From NCBI GenBank assembly GCA_038141505.1, contig JAYQIE010000042.1:3903-67902 (forward strand): a stretch of 64,000 nt of DNA. The letters run 5' to 3'. The notes below the pieces were generated by a model. It was not told where the DNA came from and did no database searches. It worked only from the letters and a program-made list of their open reading frames with translations. Origin of the DNA: Francisella sp. (GTDB lineage: Bacteria; Pseudomonadota; Gammaproteobacteria; Francisellales; Francisellaceae). The stretch's first letter is position 1. Every line of letters starts with the position of its first letter. Positions 1 to 11,737 of the stretch are shown here, piece after piece. A program made the position numbers and the translations under genes.

Positions 1-442
1 GGTTAGCATCATCAGAGTCTAGTTTTGAATATACCGATGTTAGTTTTTTAGCAAGGGCTGGGAATGTCTTTGGCTTATACCAAAGATGAGGATTTATGCC
101 TAGCTTAGAAGTCTTTTTGAAGTTGCCTAAGTCTTGTACCTTGATGATTACAGCATTTTTGTTGCTCTTGAGGATAGAGTTGATCCATGAGTCATAATCA
201 GCACCGTTGTAGATGATGATATCAGCATCAGCTAGTAGTTTGGCATTTTTTACCGAAGAGATAAATGTGTGAGGATCGCCATCGGCATTATTGATGATAT
301 TGGTTACATCGACATTACTTCCACCAATAAGTTTTGCAACACTGCCGTATTGATTTTCAGCCGCGACAACGGTTATTTTCTTAGCAAAACTGGAGATAAA
401 TGTAGCTATTATTAGCAAGCATAGTAGGATAATTTTTTTCAT
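1..442 (-). CDS. Zn/Mn ABC transporter substrate-binding protein (ZnuA-like), 3' end beyond window
   Basis: Manual translation from ATG at 442: MKKIILLCLL...TVVAAENQYGSVAKLIGG...GDPHTF...ADIIIYNGADYDSW...NPHLWY; signal peptide plus the metal-binding His motifs of this family. Confidence 0.85.
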   Translation of the reverse strand, partial: MKKIILLCLLIIATFISSFAKKITVVAAENQYGSVAKLIGGSNVDVTNIINNADGDPHTFISSVKNAKLLADADIIIYNGADYDSWINSILKSNKNAVIIKVQDLGNFKKTSKLGINPHLWYKPKTFPALAKKLTSVYSKLDSDDAN

Positions 443-518
443 TTTGTGATTACTCTAATTAGTAAAATTTAGTAACAGAATGATAGAATAAATATCAGCT
501 GTAGTAAAGCTACAATGA

Positions 519-1744
519 TTAATAATCTTTAGAATCTTTTATAAAGAGAGCAATTATGAATGATAGTAGCATTAGCACTGGTATAAAGATCATAGCTACT
601 TTAAATGAGAATAATGGTGTATGAGTGTGACCTAGATACTTAACTATCATACCAGTTATTGGTTGTAATACCCCGCCACTTAATGGTAAGAATAAGTTTA
701 CTAAAGCAAGAGCTGTAGCTATACGAGCCGGAGATACACTCTTGCGAAGAGAAGAATAGTTAAGGACATGGACAGCTTGAATACCACCAAATAAAACACA
801 CAATACAAGAGCAACATACGGATTAACATTTATATACAGTAAAGATATTGCTATAAAGATTCCTAGAAATGGTGCGACGATTAAAGGTTTCCGTTCACTA
901 TCTATAGCGGTAGCAATAATTCCCCAAATAGGGCTAAAAACAGCAATACCGATAAAAATAAGAGAAGTACAAGTACCAGCCATATCTTGGAAAAACCTAG
1001 TAAACCTAAGTATCGGATGCCCCATAAATCAGCAAATAATACAGTCGTACCGTATATTGTAAAGCAGTAAAAGCCGTGTAACCAAGCTTGTTTGTTTTGC
1101 ATAACCTTTAATAGATTTTGAAAAGCACTAACTTTGCGTTTTTTAGTGGTCTGTTTGAAGTCGAAGCTAGGATGAATTTTGATAACAAAAACACTAAACA
1201 GGAAAAGCGCGATACAGATTAAAAACACTCCGCTCATTATCATCGAAACAGAAATGTAATTAACTGTAATCACAAGAGGGGCTGCTGATAAGGCTGCACC
1301 AAGGTATAAGAAAAATTGTGTAAAGCCAGTAAATATAGGGAAATAGCGATCAGGAAGCCATAAGGCAATACTTTTTATTGCACATAAAAAAGCGAATCCG
1401 CCACCTAACCCAGCTAGTGCTCTATAGAGTATCAAACCATTGGCGGAAGTTACTATTGATGCTATGAATATCGCTAAAGAAAAGATAAGAGAACTAACTA
1501 TCATTATTCTCTTGATACCGAATTTATCAACAAGCATACCGGATGGTAATTGAGCTAGTACATAAGTAAGGTAGAAAGCAGAGCTGGATAACGATATCTG
1601 ATCGGCTGTCATATTATACGGTAAAACTGAATAAGACTCATATAATGCCCCGCTAGAAGAGCGTATGAAATATTCAAGTGCATAGAAAAATGCACACGCG
1701 AACCAAATAAGAACGCCAGTTGTTTTTAACTTCTCTTTATACAT
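519..1744 (-). CDS. MFS transporter (split into two ORFs by a frameshift)
   Basis: ORFs 902-1744 and 519-1025 are hydrophobic; motif A-like GMLVDKFGIKR. Confidence 0.85.
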
Positions 1745-1866
1745 TAAAAATTCCTTTAGATAAAATATGTGTGTACAGTAGACACTCTTAGCTTATAATA
1801 AAACATAGTCATTAATAATAGCAATGTTAGAGTGCTGTAATTTTATAATCAGGTATGGGCAGTCCC

Positions 1867-2325
1867 TTAGTTGCTAGTTAAAGGCACTATTCTCGTGTTA
1901 TTTCCTGATGCTAGTATTGTAACCTCATTACCGACATTAAGGCCTTTGTTTTCTTGTTGAAGTACAGCTATACACTTACCATCTTTTAGTTGGATAACAA
2001 ACTGATATGCTTGTGACGAAGTAAGAGCTTTTTCAGCTGCTCCACCAGCAATCCCACCGACTATCGCTCCTCCGATAGAGCCTGCGATACTTGTAAGCAT
2101 ATTGCCACTGCCAGCTAAGGCTCCGCCAAGTCCGCCAGCCATGCCGCCGACACGAGAGCCGACATTATCATTACCTTTGATATTAACCACCTGGATGTCG
2201 ATGATTTTGCCTTGCTCGATATTGGAGACTTGCCCAATAGAATTGGCAGAATAGCTTGGACCATCACTAGCACAGCTAGATAGTAATGCTAGTGGTATGA
2301 TTATCAAAAGAAATAGTTTTTTCAT
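1867..2325 (-). CDS. Outer-membrane lipoprotein, glycine-zipper (SlyB/Pcp-like)
   Basis: Lipobox LLSSC; GGxAGGxxG glycine zipper. Confidence 0.8.
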   Translation of the reverse strand: MKKLFLLIIIPLALLSSCASDGPSYSANSIGQVSNIEQGKIIDIQVVNIKGNDNVGSRVGGMAGGLGGALAGSGNMLTSIAGSIGGAIVGGIAGGAAEKALTSSQAYQFVIQLKDGKCIAVLQQENKGLNVGNEVTILASGNNTRIVPLTSN

Positions 2326-2334
2326 GTTTTTTCC

Positions 2335-2925
2335 TTAGTTAGATAGTTTGGTGGCAATATCAGCAACTCTTTTACCTAAAGTTTTGCATATTTTTACCTC
2401 ATCATCAGAGAGAGTTTTATTTGGTGAAAAAGTGTTTAAGTGCGATGCGCCATAAGGAGTGCCGCCTGTACGAGTATGCTCAAGAGCTTGTTCGCTATAT
2501 GGTACGCCAACTATTACACAACCGTGATGTATAAAAGGGATCATCATAGAAAGTAGAGTGCTTTCATGACCTGCGTGCATACCTGAAGCTGCAGTGAAAA
2601 AGCCTGCTGGTTTGCCAATAAGGTTGCCTTTAAACCATACATCTGCATGTTTTTCTAGGAAGTATTTAAGTGGTGATGCCATATTACCAAAGTAAGCTGG
2701 GCTACCGACAATTAGGCCATCACAGTTCGCAAGATCTTCTTTAGAAGCGTATAAATCCCCTGTTTCTGGAATATCTGACTCAAGCTGTTCTGTATTGGCA
2801 GAAATGTTTGGTACAGTCCTTATAGTCGCAGAAGCTCCATTTGCTTCTACACCTAAAGCTATAGTATGAGCCATTTTCTTTATACTTCCACCTTGGCTGT
2901 AGTATAGTATTAATATGTTTTTCAT
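2335..2925 (-). CDS. wrbA: NAD(P)H:quinone oxidoreductase WrbA
   Basis: Flavodoxin fold ILILYYSQGGS, GSPAYFGNM, GGTPYGASH. Confidence 0.92.
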   Translation of the reverse strand: MKNILILYYSQGGSIKKMAHTIALGVEANGASATIRTVPNISANTEQLESDIPETGDLYASKEDLANCDGLIVGSPAYFGNMASPLKYFLEKHADVWFKGNLIGKPAGFFTAASGMHAGHESTLLSMMIPFIHHGCVIVGVPYSEQALEHTRTGGTPYGASHLNTFSPNKTLSDDEVKICKTLGKRVADIATKLSN

Positions 2926-2937
2926 AAGCTTAGTATT

Positions 2938-3977
2938 ATGCCTAGTATTGATTTATCAAAAAAATATTTTTCCATTTTCAAAAACTACTGGATATGGGTC
3001 TTAAAGGAGTATGTCCGCAAAGATTGTCCTACTGTAGCAGCATCGATTACTCTTTCGAGTTTGTTTGCTATCGTACCAGCTTTTTTTATTATAATAAATA
3101 TTTTGGACACTTTTAATGTGTTTAATTCGTTTTCTGGCAATATTCAACAGTTTCTATTTCAAAATATGCTTCCAGATACAGCAAATACTGTACAAGAGTA
3201 TATTGTAAGTATTTCTAAGCAAATGACGGCGTTGCCTATAGTATCTGTTTTCTTTCTAATAGTCTTGATTTTCATGATGATTAAAAGATTAGAAAAAACA
3301 CTTAACAAAATATTCTATGTGCAAAACCTCGCTCAATAGTACAAAGTTTGTTATTGTATTAGACTTTGATGACTGTGGTTCCATTGCTTTTGGGTTTTGT
3401 GTTTGTATCTAGTACTTATGTACTTTCTATGGCTTGGATATTTAATGATGTAGGTATTGAAAAATATCTTTTAGGTGGATTATCTGTATATCGTTTTTGT
3501 TTCATTTGTAATACCTCTCATTTATTAGTATATTTTTGTACACTTCTAAATGCTATTATTTTTAGGGGGTATTACCATTCGAGCAATGCAATATATGCGA
3601 GTTAGTTTGGATTTTAATGAAAAGAATAAGACTGATGATTTAAGTATAAGTGTCAATATTCTTAAAGAATTATATTTTGCACAAAAAAAGCTTTGATTGA
3701 TGGTGTGGCTATGGATTGTATATACAAAAATACAGGGATAACTGACTATGATAAAATCAAAAAGATTCTTTATCTGTTAGAAAGACAAAATATTATAAGA
3801 ATAGACAGTGCTGATAAGTGCTATTTAAATTGTGATGTTTTTGACCTTAGTTTGAAGAAGATATACTCAGCATTTTATCCAACTTTAAATCTTGAAAATA
3901 CAGAAGTTGAAAAATTAAATGCTGTAAAGTCTCAACTAAATAGTGATCTTGATATAAAATTATCGGATTGTTTTTAA
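2938..3977 (+). CDS. YihY/BrkB family membrane protein (fragmented)
   Basis: AASITLSSLFAIVP and LEKTLNKIF motifs; divergent from wrbA; three ORF pieces. Confidence 0.75.
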
Positions 3978-3994
3978 ATTTTAAAGGTATATAA

Positions 3995-4560
3995 ATGCTG
4001 CTTAGTTTCTTAGATTACTCTGCTTTGATTATCAATGTGCTATATACGATATATCTTGCGCGATTAAAAGTCTGGTCTTGGTCATTGGGCATAGTTGGTG
4101 CGATATTGCTTTTAGTGCTATTTGCAATCAAAGGAACTTACTCTTTAGTGCTTTTGCAATGTGTTTATGTGGTGTTTTTGGTTATGGTTGGTATTGTTGG
4201 CATACTCAAGGTGTCGATGACAAGAAAACTATCAAATGGATGAAGTTAAAAGATTATTGCCGTTATTTTCTGTATGTAATAATTTTATGTGGATTGTCTA
4301 TAGGATTTAATTATCTAACTGATTCTAAAGATATCATATCAACAGGTATTCTAACGGGTATAACATTTACAGCTGTAATTATGACTATAGAGAAGTTTAT
4401 GGAAAACTGGATTATTTGGATAATTTCAGATTTGTATTTTGTAGTTGTAATGTACAATGAAGGCTTGCATGGTCAAGTTATCCAAAATTTTATATTTTTC
4501 TTGACAGCCGTTTATGGGTTTTATTATTGGTTTAATAATTCAGCATCAGCCAAAAAATAA
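3995..4560 (+). CDS. pnuC: Nicotinamide riboside transporter PnuC (frameshifted)
   Basis: VWSWSLGIV, ENWIIWII, AVYGFYYW motifs. Confidence 0.85.
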
Positions 4561-6793
4561 TGATAATCAAAGTAGCACTACAAATCCCCCTAGTTATTTA
4601 TTGGATTATAAAATTGAAGTCAGTTCTATCGATATGGCTCAAAATAATCAGTCATTCCGTCAGGCTCCGACCACGGAATCTCTGCCTAATAATCAAGGTA
4701 GCCTAGGGATAAACCTTTTCGATAGAGTCTTGGTGCAAGTTGGTAAAAGAGAGCTAATTGGTTTTGTGGTAGCTAAAGATGTGACTGTTGATTACGATGT
4801 GTCAAAAGTTAAACTAATTACAAAATATCTCGATAGTCCACTAAGCCAAGATGTGCAAAAACTCGTGCGATGGTTGGCTCAATATTACTGCTGTGATTTA
4901 TACAGTGCAATTCGCCTAGCTTTACCAAATGACTATTTCAAAAATGAAATTGTAACACCAAAGCAAGAGGTTTATATCTTTAAAAATCAGTCACCAGCAG
5001 ACCATAAGCTTACAGCTAAGCAACAAGAAGTTTTAGATGAGTTTGCTGAGGGGAATTGCTCTTAGATATGAAAATCTTAAAGAAAAGCATTCTGTAAATA
5101 TAATTTCTCGTTTAATAGATAAAAACATACTTATTAAAACTACAAAGTTAGAAGATATTCCTACTGCAAACTCAAAACAAGATTTAGAAAAACAATTAAA
5201 TCAAGATCAACAAGTTGCATTGGAAGTGATATCACAGGCAAAAAAAGTTTGCTGTATTTTTATTATACGGTGTGACAGGGAGTGGTAAGACAGAAGTATA
5301 TTTACAAGCTATACAAAAGATTTTAAATACACAAAAGCAGATATTAGTGCTTATTCCAGAGATAAATCTTACACCGCAGACCATGCAGAGATTTGAGCAA
5401 AGATTTGTAGGTAAAAATAGTTACCATTCATTCTAAGCTTTCAGAAAAAGCACGACTAACTAATTGGTCGAATATTAAAGCTGGTAATGCAGACATTGTG
5501 ATATCAACACGTAGTGGGGTGCTTTCAGATTTTAAAAATCTTGGTATGATAATTGTTGATGAAGAGCATGATAGCTCATTCAAGCAGCAGTCAAGTACTA
5601 TAAGGTACAATGCTCGCGATGTGGCAATATTTAGAGCTAAAGGATTAGAAATTCCTATTATATTGGGGAGTGCAACACCATCTATCGAGAGCTATTATAA
5701 TTGCAGTGTTGGTAAATATACTCTTCTCAAACTTAGAGCAAAAGCACTTAATAATTTTAAAAATGAAGTTAGGCTTTTAGATCTAAAATCATCTATAGTA
5801 GATAATGGTATTAGTACAAAGCTTTTGAGTTACTTGAAAATAACATCAATGCACATAGTCAATCTTTGATATTTATTAATAAGCTAGGTTTTGCAAAAGC
5901 TTTGGTATGCAAGGCTTGTGGGGATGCTATTGAGTGCAAAAAATGTGATAAGCCATTTACGCTACATACACACCCGTATCAATATTTGGCTTGTCATTTT
6001 TGTGGTACTCGTAAACCTATAGCCACTTCTTGCCAAAGTTGTGATGGTGGAGAGCTCTTTATATTCGGAAGTGGCACAGAAAAAAGTCCAGTCTCGTTTG
6101 GAAGCAAAATTCCCATACAATAAGATAATTCGCTTTGATCGTACAAATGTTAAAACTATCAGTGATCTACATAGTATCAATGAGATGATAAATACAAATA
6201 TGGTTGATATTATCGTCGGTACGCAGATGATAGCAAAAGGGCATCATTTTGCAAATATCACACTTGTTGGGCTTATCAATATAGATGCTGGTTTGTATAG
6301 TACGGATTTTCATGCGATTGAGAAGACAGCTCAACTTATAGTGCAAGTATCAGGAAGGGCTGGGCGTGCTGATAAACCAGGTGTGATATTGCTACAAACT
6401 TATCAGCCAGAAAATAAGTTGTTGCAGTTATTAGTGAGTAGGGATTATTTGGAATTTTTGGATTATCTACTTGAGCAACGCCAATACGCAAGCTATCCAC
6501 CGTATACATTCCAAGCTCAGATAATGACAGAGTCAAGGAATGAAGCCGAAGTATTAAGTCTTCTTAAAAATCTTTATGAGGAATTATCTGTACAAAAAAT
6601 GGTACAAGTATCAGCACCATTACCAGCATTACACCTAAAGAAAAATAATGTTTACAGATATATTTTACTTATGACAGCAAGTTCACGAAAAGATATTAAT
6701 GGCATTATAAAGTGGGTGAAGAAGAATGTTCAGTCTGAACTACCAAGCTCAATCAAAATGTATTTTGATATTGATCCTATTGAGTTGGTTTAG
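4560..6793 (+). CDS. priA: Primosomal protein N' (several indel breaks; carries an in-frame repeat insertion)
   Basis: ATG at 4560 ([10 protein letters not shown]), GVTGSGKT Walker A region ~5270, DEEHD, CxxC zinc module, [27 protein letters not shown]-terminus. Confidence 0.93.
4649..4682 (+). repeat. Palindromic CGTC/RPE-like repeat inside priA
   Basis: CAGTCATTCCGT-caggctccgacc-ACGGAATCTC, encodes [11 protein letters not shown]. Confidence 0.8.
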
Positions 6794-6859
6794 CAATATA
6801 ATTAGAAAAGCACTCTTTACTGATTTGAGTGCTAGTGATTAGGGGAAAGTATTGAGAAA

Positions 6860-6948
6860 TTAATCTTCTTTTTGTCAATTCTGCTTGCTACAAAACATCC
6901 AACAGCTACTGCTGAAAATGCGGATAAGAACCAATAAATATAATACAT
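6860..6948 (-). CDS. cydX: Cytochrome bd small subunit CydX (~29 aa; not in ORF track; probably one A missing)
   Basis: MYYIIWFLSAFSAVAVGCFVASRIDKK directly after cydB, RBS AGGA; single TM helix with a MYYxxW start. Confidence 0.8.
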
Positions 6949-6959
6949 AATAGTTTTCC

Positions 6960-8152
6960 TTAATACATATCGTGTGAATTTTCTTTAACTTCTTCTGCAC
7001 ATATTCTGCGACCATTTGCCCACATTTTTTTGTATACAAAGAATGTATAACTAAAGATGATAGGCAGGATAATCACTGCAGCACATAAGATACCAATCAA
7101 TGAAGTTTGGCTACTACTAGCATTATATACTGTTAAGCTGTATAAGTGGTTACCCTCAGTTGAAACCATAATGAATGGAAATAATGCAAATCCAACAGTC
7201 AGTACAGCACAAAGTATAGAAACCATACTTGCTAAGAATGCTAAGGCATCTTTATCTTGCTTATTAAATCTGATTACAAATATCGCGCCAATTACAGTTA
7301 CGATAGGAGCAAACCACATCCAAAGATGGGCATGACAGAAATTGTAGTACCATGAGTAATCCATACTAACCACGCCACTTGTAAATGGATGGTGTAAAGT
7401 ATCAGACATATTTACCAAGTCAGCATTTGGAGTATATTGGTATCCAGGGATGAATGCTATCCAAACACCAGCAACAACAAATAGTAGTATATAAACACTA
7501 GCCATAACAGTCGTTATAGATCTAAATCTATCTCTAAGTACGCCTTTTGTTCTAAGCTTAGCATAAGCTGAACCATGCATCAAAGCCATTACAAGTGCAA
7601 ATACACCAAACAATAATGCAAATGGAGTTAGCAAGTATATAAGTGTTACCCACATAGATTGGTAAGCACCATTTGTGATAGTACCGTAGATTAAGCGAGA
7701 AGTCTCATCATAGGAGATAGGGAAGCCTAGGAATAAATTACCTATAGCTACACCCATTACTACCATAGGAATTATGCTACCTAATACAAGCATCCAATCC
7801 CAAAATCCACGCCATTTAGGGTTGTCGATTTTTTTGCGATACTCAAGAGCAGGGGGCGTAAAAACAATCCCCATAGTACTAATAAAATCGCAATATACAA
7901 TCCTGAAAAGCTTGTAGCATAAACTTGTGGCCATATAGCAAATATAGCACCACCAGCAGTGATGAACCAAACTTGGCTACCGTCCCATGTAGGGGCGATG
8001 GTGTTGATAACAGCTCGTTTTTCATAGTCAGTTTTACCAACGAACTTCGCTAATATTCCTACACCAAAATCAAAGCCAACAGTACCTGCCACAAGGAATA
8101 TAAGTACTCCGACAACTAGCCAAGAGACGATTTGTAAAATATCTAAAATCAT
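6960..8152 (-). CDS. cydB: Cytochrome bd ubiquinol oxidase subunit II (frameshifted)
   Basis: GFDFGVG, INTIAPTWDGSQVW, LEYR...WRGFWD, SLTVYNASSS. Confidence 0.95.
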
Positions 8153-9913
8153 TTATTTATCTCCCTCTTGTTTATTTTGTTCAAAATGATACTTACCTAA
8201 GCCAAGCGAGCTAGGACCTAGTCGAGCAAATTTAAACATCAAGAATATCAATACTGCAAATAAAGCTGTATCGATTAGTGTAAAGATTGCCATTGAAGTA
8301 GCTACATCGATAGCTGTAAGAGCTGATGAGCTAATGTCCGTAGGAAGTATATTGTATACTGTCCAAGGTTGACGACCATGCTCGGTTACATACCAGCCAG
8401 CGATACATGCTATAAATGGTAGAGGTATAGACCAAGTCATAATTTTTAGGACTAATCTTGTGAAACAGTTGCTTGTAAACGCTTGTCTTGCTAGTAGTAT
8501 CAAGCCAACTATGATCAATGAGAACATAAAGAAGCCAATAAATACCATTATTCTGAAACTCCAAAATACGCTAGGTGCATCAGGAGTCATATTGGTAGCA
8601 ACAGCTCTTACAACTTCAGGATTATTGGCAACTTTTATGATGTTTGCAGAATCAGCTGCACCATATTTGTCCATAGCAGCTTGCACAAGAAGTTTACCAA
8701 AGCCCATGTATTGTTGGTACTGAGCATTGTTGTAATCTTTATAATCAGCAGTAGGATTATCGCCAGCATGACCAGATTCACGCCATTTTAGAAGATCTGC
8801 ATAAGCAAGACCACCGTCTCTAATCATTACCAAAGCAGAAGGAACTTTTTCATACTTAGCAGGGTTTGCCGCCGCAGCTTCAGGAGAAACATTCGCAGTT
8901 ACACCTGTTTCGATATCTCTGTAGTACGAGAAATTAGGATCTCTATTGCCGTTAGCATCAGCTTTTCCATAAAGGATAGCTTTCATACCAGGAATTTCAA
9001 CATCAGTTTTGTGAGTTGCAATTAGACCAAGTACAGCAGGTACTTCAACATTATAGTTATTCTTCTGCTCATCTTGACTTGGAAGGGCAACTAAGTTAAA
9101 TGCCGCAGGAGCTTTAGAGGTATCCCATTCAGCCTCAATAGCCGCCATTTTCATTGGTTGTACTTTAAATACATCCACACCGTTTGCATCACCAAAGATC
9201 ATAGCTACTAAGCAAGTTACGATACCAAAACCAAGACCTACAGCCATAGAGCGAGTTGCAAATGCTTTATCACGACCTTTTAATAGGTAGAACGCACTTA
9301 TACCGATTACAAACATTGCTGCAGTTGTATAACCTGCCGTCATCACATGACCAAAGTTTGTTTGAGCTGTTTCGTTCATAAATACATCAAGTAAACTTAC
9401 GGTTTCCATACGCATAGTAGAAGCTACAAACTCAGAGCCTACAGGATGTTGCATATAACCGTTAGCTACTAGGATAAGTAAAGCAGAGAAGCTTGATCCT
9501 ATTGCCATACAGAAAGTTGCACATAAATGCTGCTTCTTAGAAACTTTGTCCCAACCAAAGTAAAACAACCCAACAAAGGTAGACTCTAGCATAAATGCTG
9601 CTAAGCCTTCGATTGCAAGTGGAGTACCAAAGATGTCTCCCACAGATTGTGAGTAATAAGACCAGTTTGTCCCAAATTCAAACTCCATAGTCAGACCTGT
9701 GACTATACCTATAGCAAAGTTAATTCCGAGCAATTTACCCCAGAATTTAACCATATCTTTATAAACTTGCTTATTTGTTCTTACATACATTAGTTCCATG
9801 CTGAATATTATCCATGTCAGACCTAATGTCAAAGGTACAAATAAGAAGTGAAATGATGCTGTCAGGCCGAACTGTAATCTAGCAAGGTCAACAGACATGA
9901 GCGTTGGTAACAT
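8153..9913 (-). CDS. cydA: Cytochrome bd ubiquinol oxidase subunit I
   Basis: LARLQFGLTASFHFLFVPLTLG, EFEFGTNWS, QPMKMAAIE, GRQPW. Confidence 0.97.
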   Translation of the reverse strand: MLPTLMSVDLARLQFGLTASFHFLFVPLTLGLTWIIFSMELMYVRTNKQVYKDMVKFWGKLLGINFAIGIVTGLTMEFEFGTNWSYYSQSVGDIFGTPLAIEGLAAFMLESTFVGLFYFGWDKVSKKQHLCATFCMAIGSSFSALLILVANGYMQHPVGSEFVASTMRMETVSLLDVFMNETAQTNFGHVMTAGYTTAAMFVIGISAFYLLKGRDKAFATRSMAVGLGFGIVTCLVAMIFGDANGVDVFKVQPMKMAAIEAEWDTSKAPAAFNLVALPSQDEQKNNYNVEVPAVLGLIATHKTDVEIPGMKAILYGKADANGNRDPNFSYYRDIETGVTANVSPEAAAANPAKYEKVPSALVMIRDGGLAYADLLKWRESGHAGDNPTADYKDYNNAQYQQYMGFGKLLVQAAMDKYGAADSANIIKVANNPEVVRAVATNMTPDAPSVFWSFRIMVFIGFFMFSLIIVGLILLARQAFTSNCFTRLVLKIMTWSIPLPFIACIAGWYVTEHGRQPWTVYNILPTDISSSALTAIDVATSMAIFTLIDTALFAVLIFLMFKFARLGPSSLGLGKYHFEQNKQEGDK

Positions 9914-10169
9914 AACGACTTCTCCTTTTTATTTTATTAAAGTTTACTAGGGTTTTTACTTTTTTATTTAAAAATGTATGGGAAGATAAATAGTCGTATT
10001 TTCAATAGGTTTGAGTATAGATAGACTATTTGGTGCTTACCTAAAAATTTATACTTTAGATTTTAGCACAACACGACAGTAAATCAAAAGTGTAAATCGC
10101 TTGAAAGCCTTTAAAACAAAGGGTTTTACTATACCGATTTGGCATAGTATTGGATGTCTTTTTTAAAAA

Positions 10170-11533
10170 TTACTTGACAATAAACTTTTCAATTTTTTTC
10201 AAAAGATGATGTTCATTGAACTCTTTTTTATCTATTTTAATGTAAATGGCAGGTTCTTCTAGACAAGTGTTGTATTCATAAATCCCAACTTGAGATGCCA
10301 GAACGTCTTCGATAATTTGTTTTGTATCTGTGTGGCTATTGTTTAATTTATAAATTTTTGAATTGAGGTAAGTTGGCTCTGCCATTGTCGCACAAACTAT
10401 CAGCCATAGAGTGCCAAGTATCAAGCAGAAAACAAGCACTCCAGCTATATGCCAGTGATGGTATACTAGGCCTCCGACCATTCCACCGATAAATATTCCA
10501 AAAAATTGACAGCTTGAGAATATTCCCATCGCAGTACCTTTGCTGCCAACAGGTGCAATTTTTGAGATCAAAGATGGCAGGCATGATTCTAAAAATGTAA
10601 ATGCTGCAAAAAATAGTGTCAAAAACACACAGAGCAAGATTATGTGAGTATAGCTTAATGCTAAAGCTCCCATGCAGGCAGCGAGTATTGCTACTGCTAT
10701 TATGAAAAACCTTCTCATCTTGCGTTGAACTTCAGCAATCATCACAAAAGGAAACATCAGTGCAAAAGATATTATCAATACTGGGAAATATACTAGCCAT
10801 TGGTAGTCTCCTGGCACTTTGAGAATATTTGTAAGTATAGTTGGGATAACTATAAATAGAGCGGTCAAACTTGCGTGTAAGCAAAATATCCCAAAGTTGA
10901 GTTTTAAAAGTTCTTTGTGGTTTAGTACATCTTTGATTAGAGTTAGTACGGCTTTACCTTCATGGTGAAAGGTTGGGGTTTGAGGGGTTGGAACTTTACT
11001 TAGCATAAAAATACTCGCAAAACCAAAGAAAGCTGTCACCCAAAATATCCCAGATAAGCCGATGATGCTATTTAGAATAGGGCTAATCATCATTGCTACT
11101 AAGAATGACAAGCCAATTGACATCCCAACTAAAGACATTGCTTTTAGACGGTTCTCTTCTTTTTTGTTGTGTCTGCTACAAGAGCTGTCAAAGTACTGCC
11201 GATAGCCCCAGCACCCTGTATCGCACGACCGATGATTATCCCATAAATGCTAGTTGAAAGAGCTGCGACTATACTGCCTATTATAAAAAGTGCTAATCCA
11301 AACAAAATCACAGGTTTACGCCCAAATTTATCTGAGCAGATACTTAGTACGATTTGTAACATTGCTTGAGTTAAGCCATATACTCCTAGTGCTAGACCTA
11401 TGAGAAAAGGTGTCGCATCATCAAGATGGTTTATATATAAGCTAAAGATAGGGAATATTATAAATAGACCAATCATTCTAAAGCAGTAGATTAGAGAAAT
11501 GTATGTTGTATTTCTAAATTCGTTTTTGTACAT
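10170..11533 (-). CDS. MFS transporter, YajR-like (frameshifted)
   Basis: SDKFGRKPVI, GRAIQGAGAIGS, GTAMGIFSSCQFFG, soluble C-terminal domain. Confidence 0.85.
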
Positions 11534-11737
11534 GTGAATTTTTATGCAAAACTTGGTAGCGAAAGTATATACAATAAAGCTCTGTGTTTAAATATTAAAT
11601 TCAAAATACTCTGTTTTTTAATTTCTATAAGGGTGTTTTTTTTTGCGTGCTGCTGTATAATGTGGTATCTCGTTTGAGGTGTGTGTAAAATTCACGACTT
11701 TAAAAAAAAAAAAAAATAATGAAAGGGTATCTGTATA

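Noticed and set aside
2926-2937. Only 12 bp between the divergent wrbA and yihY starts
   Set aside because: This head-to-head pairing is, to my knowledge, common in proteobacteria; not novel.
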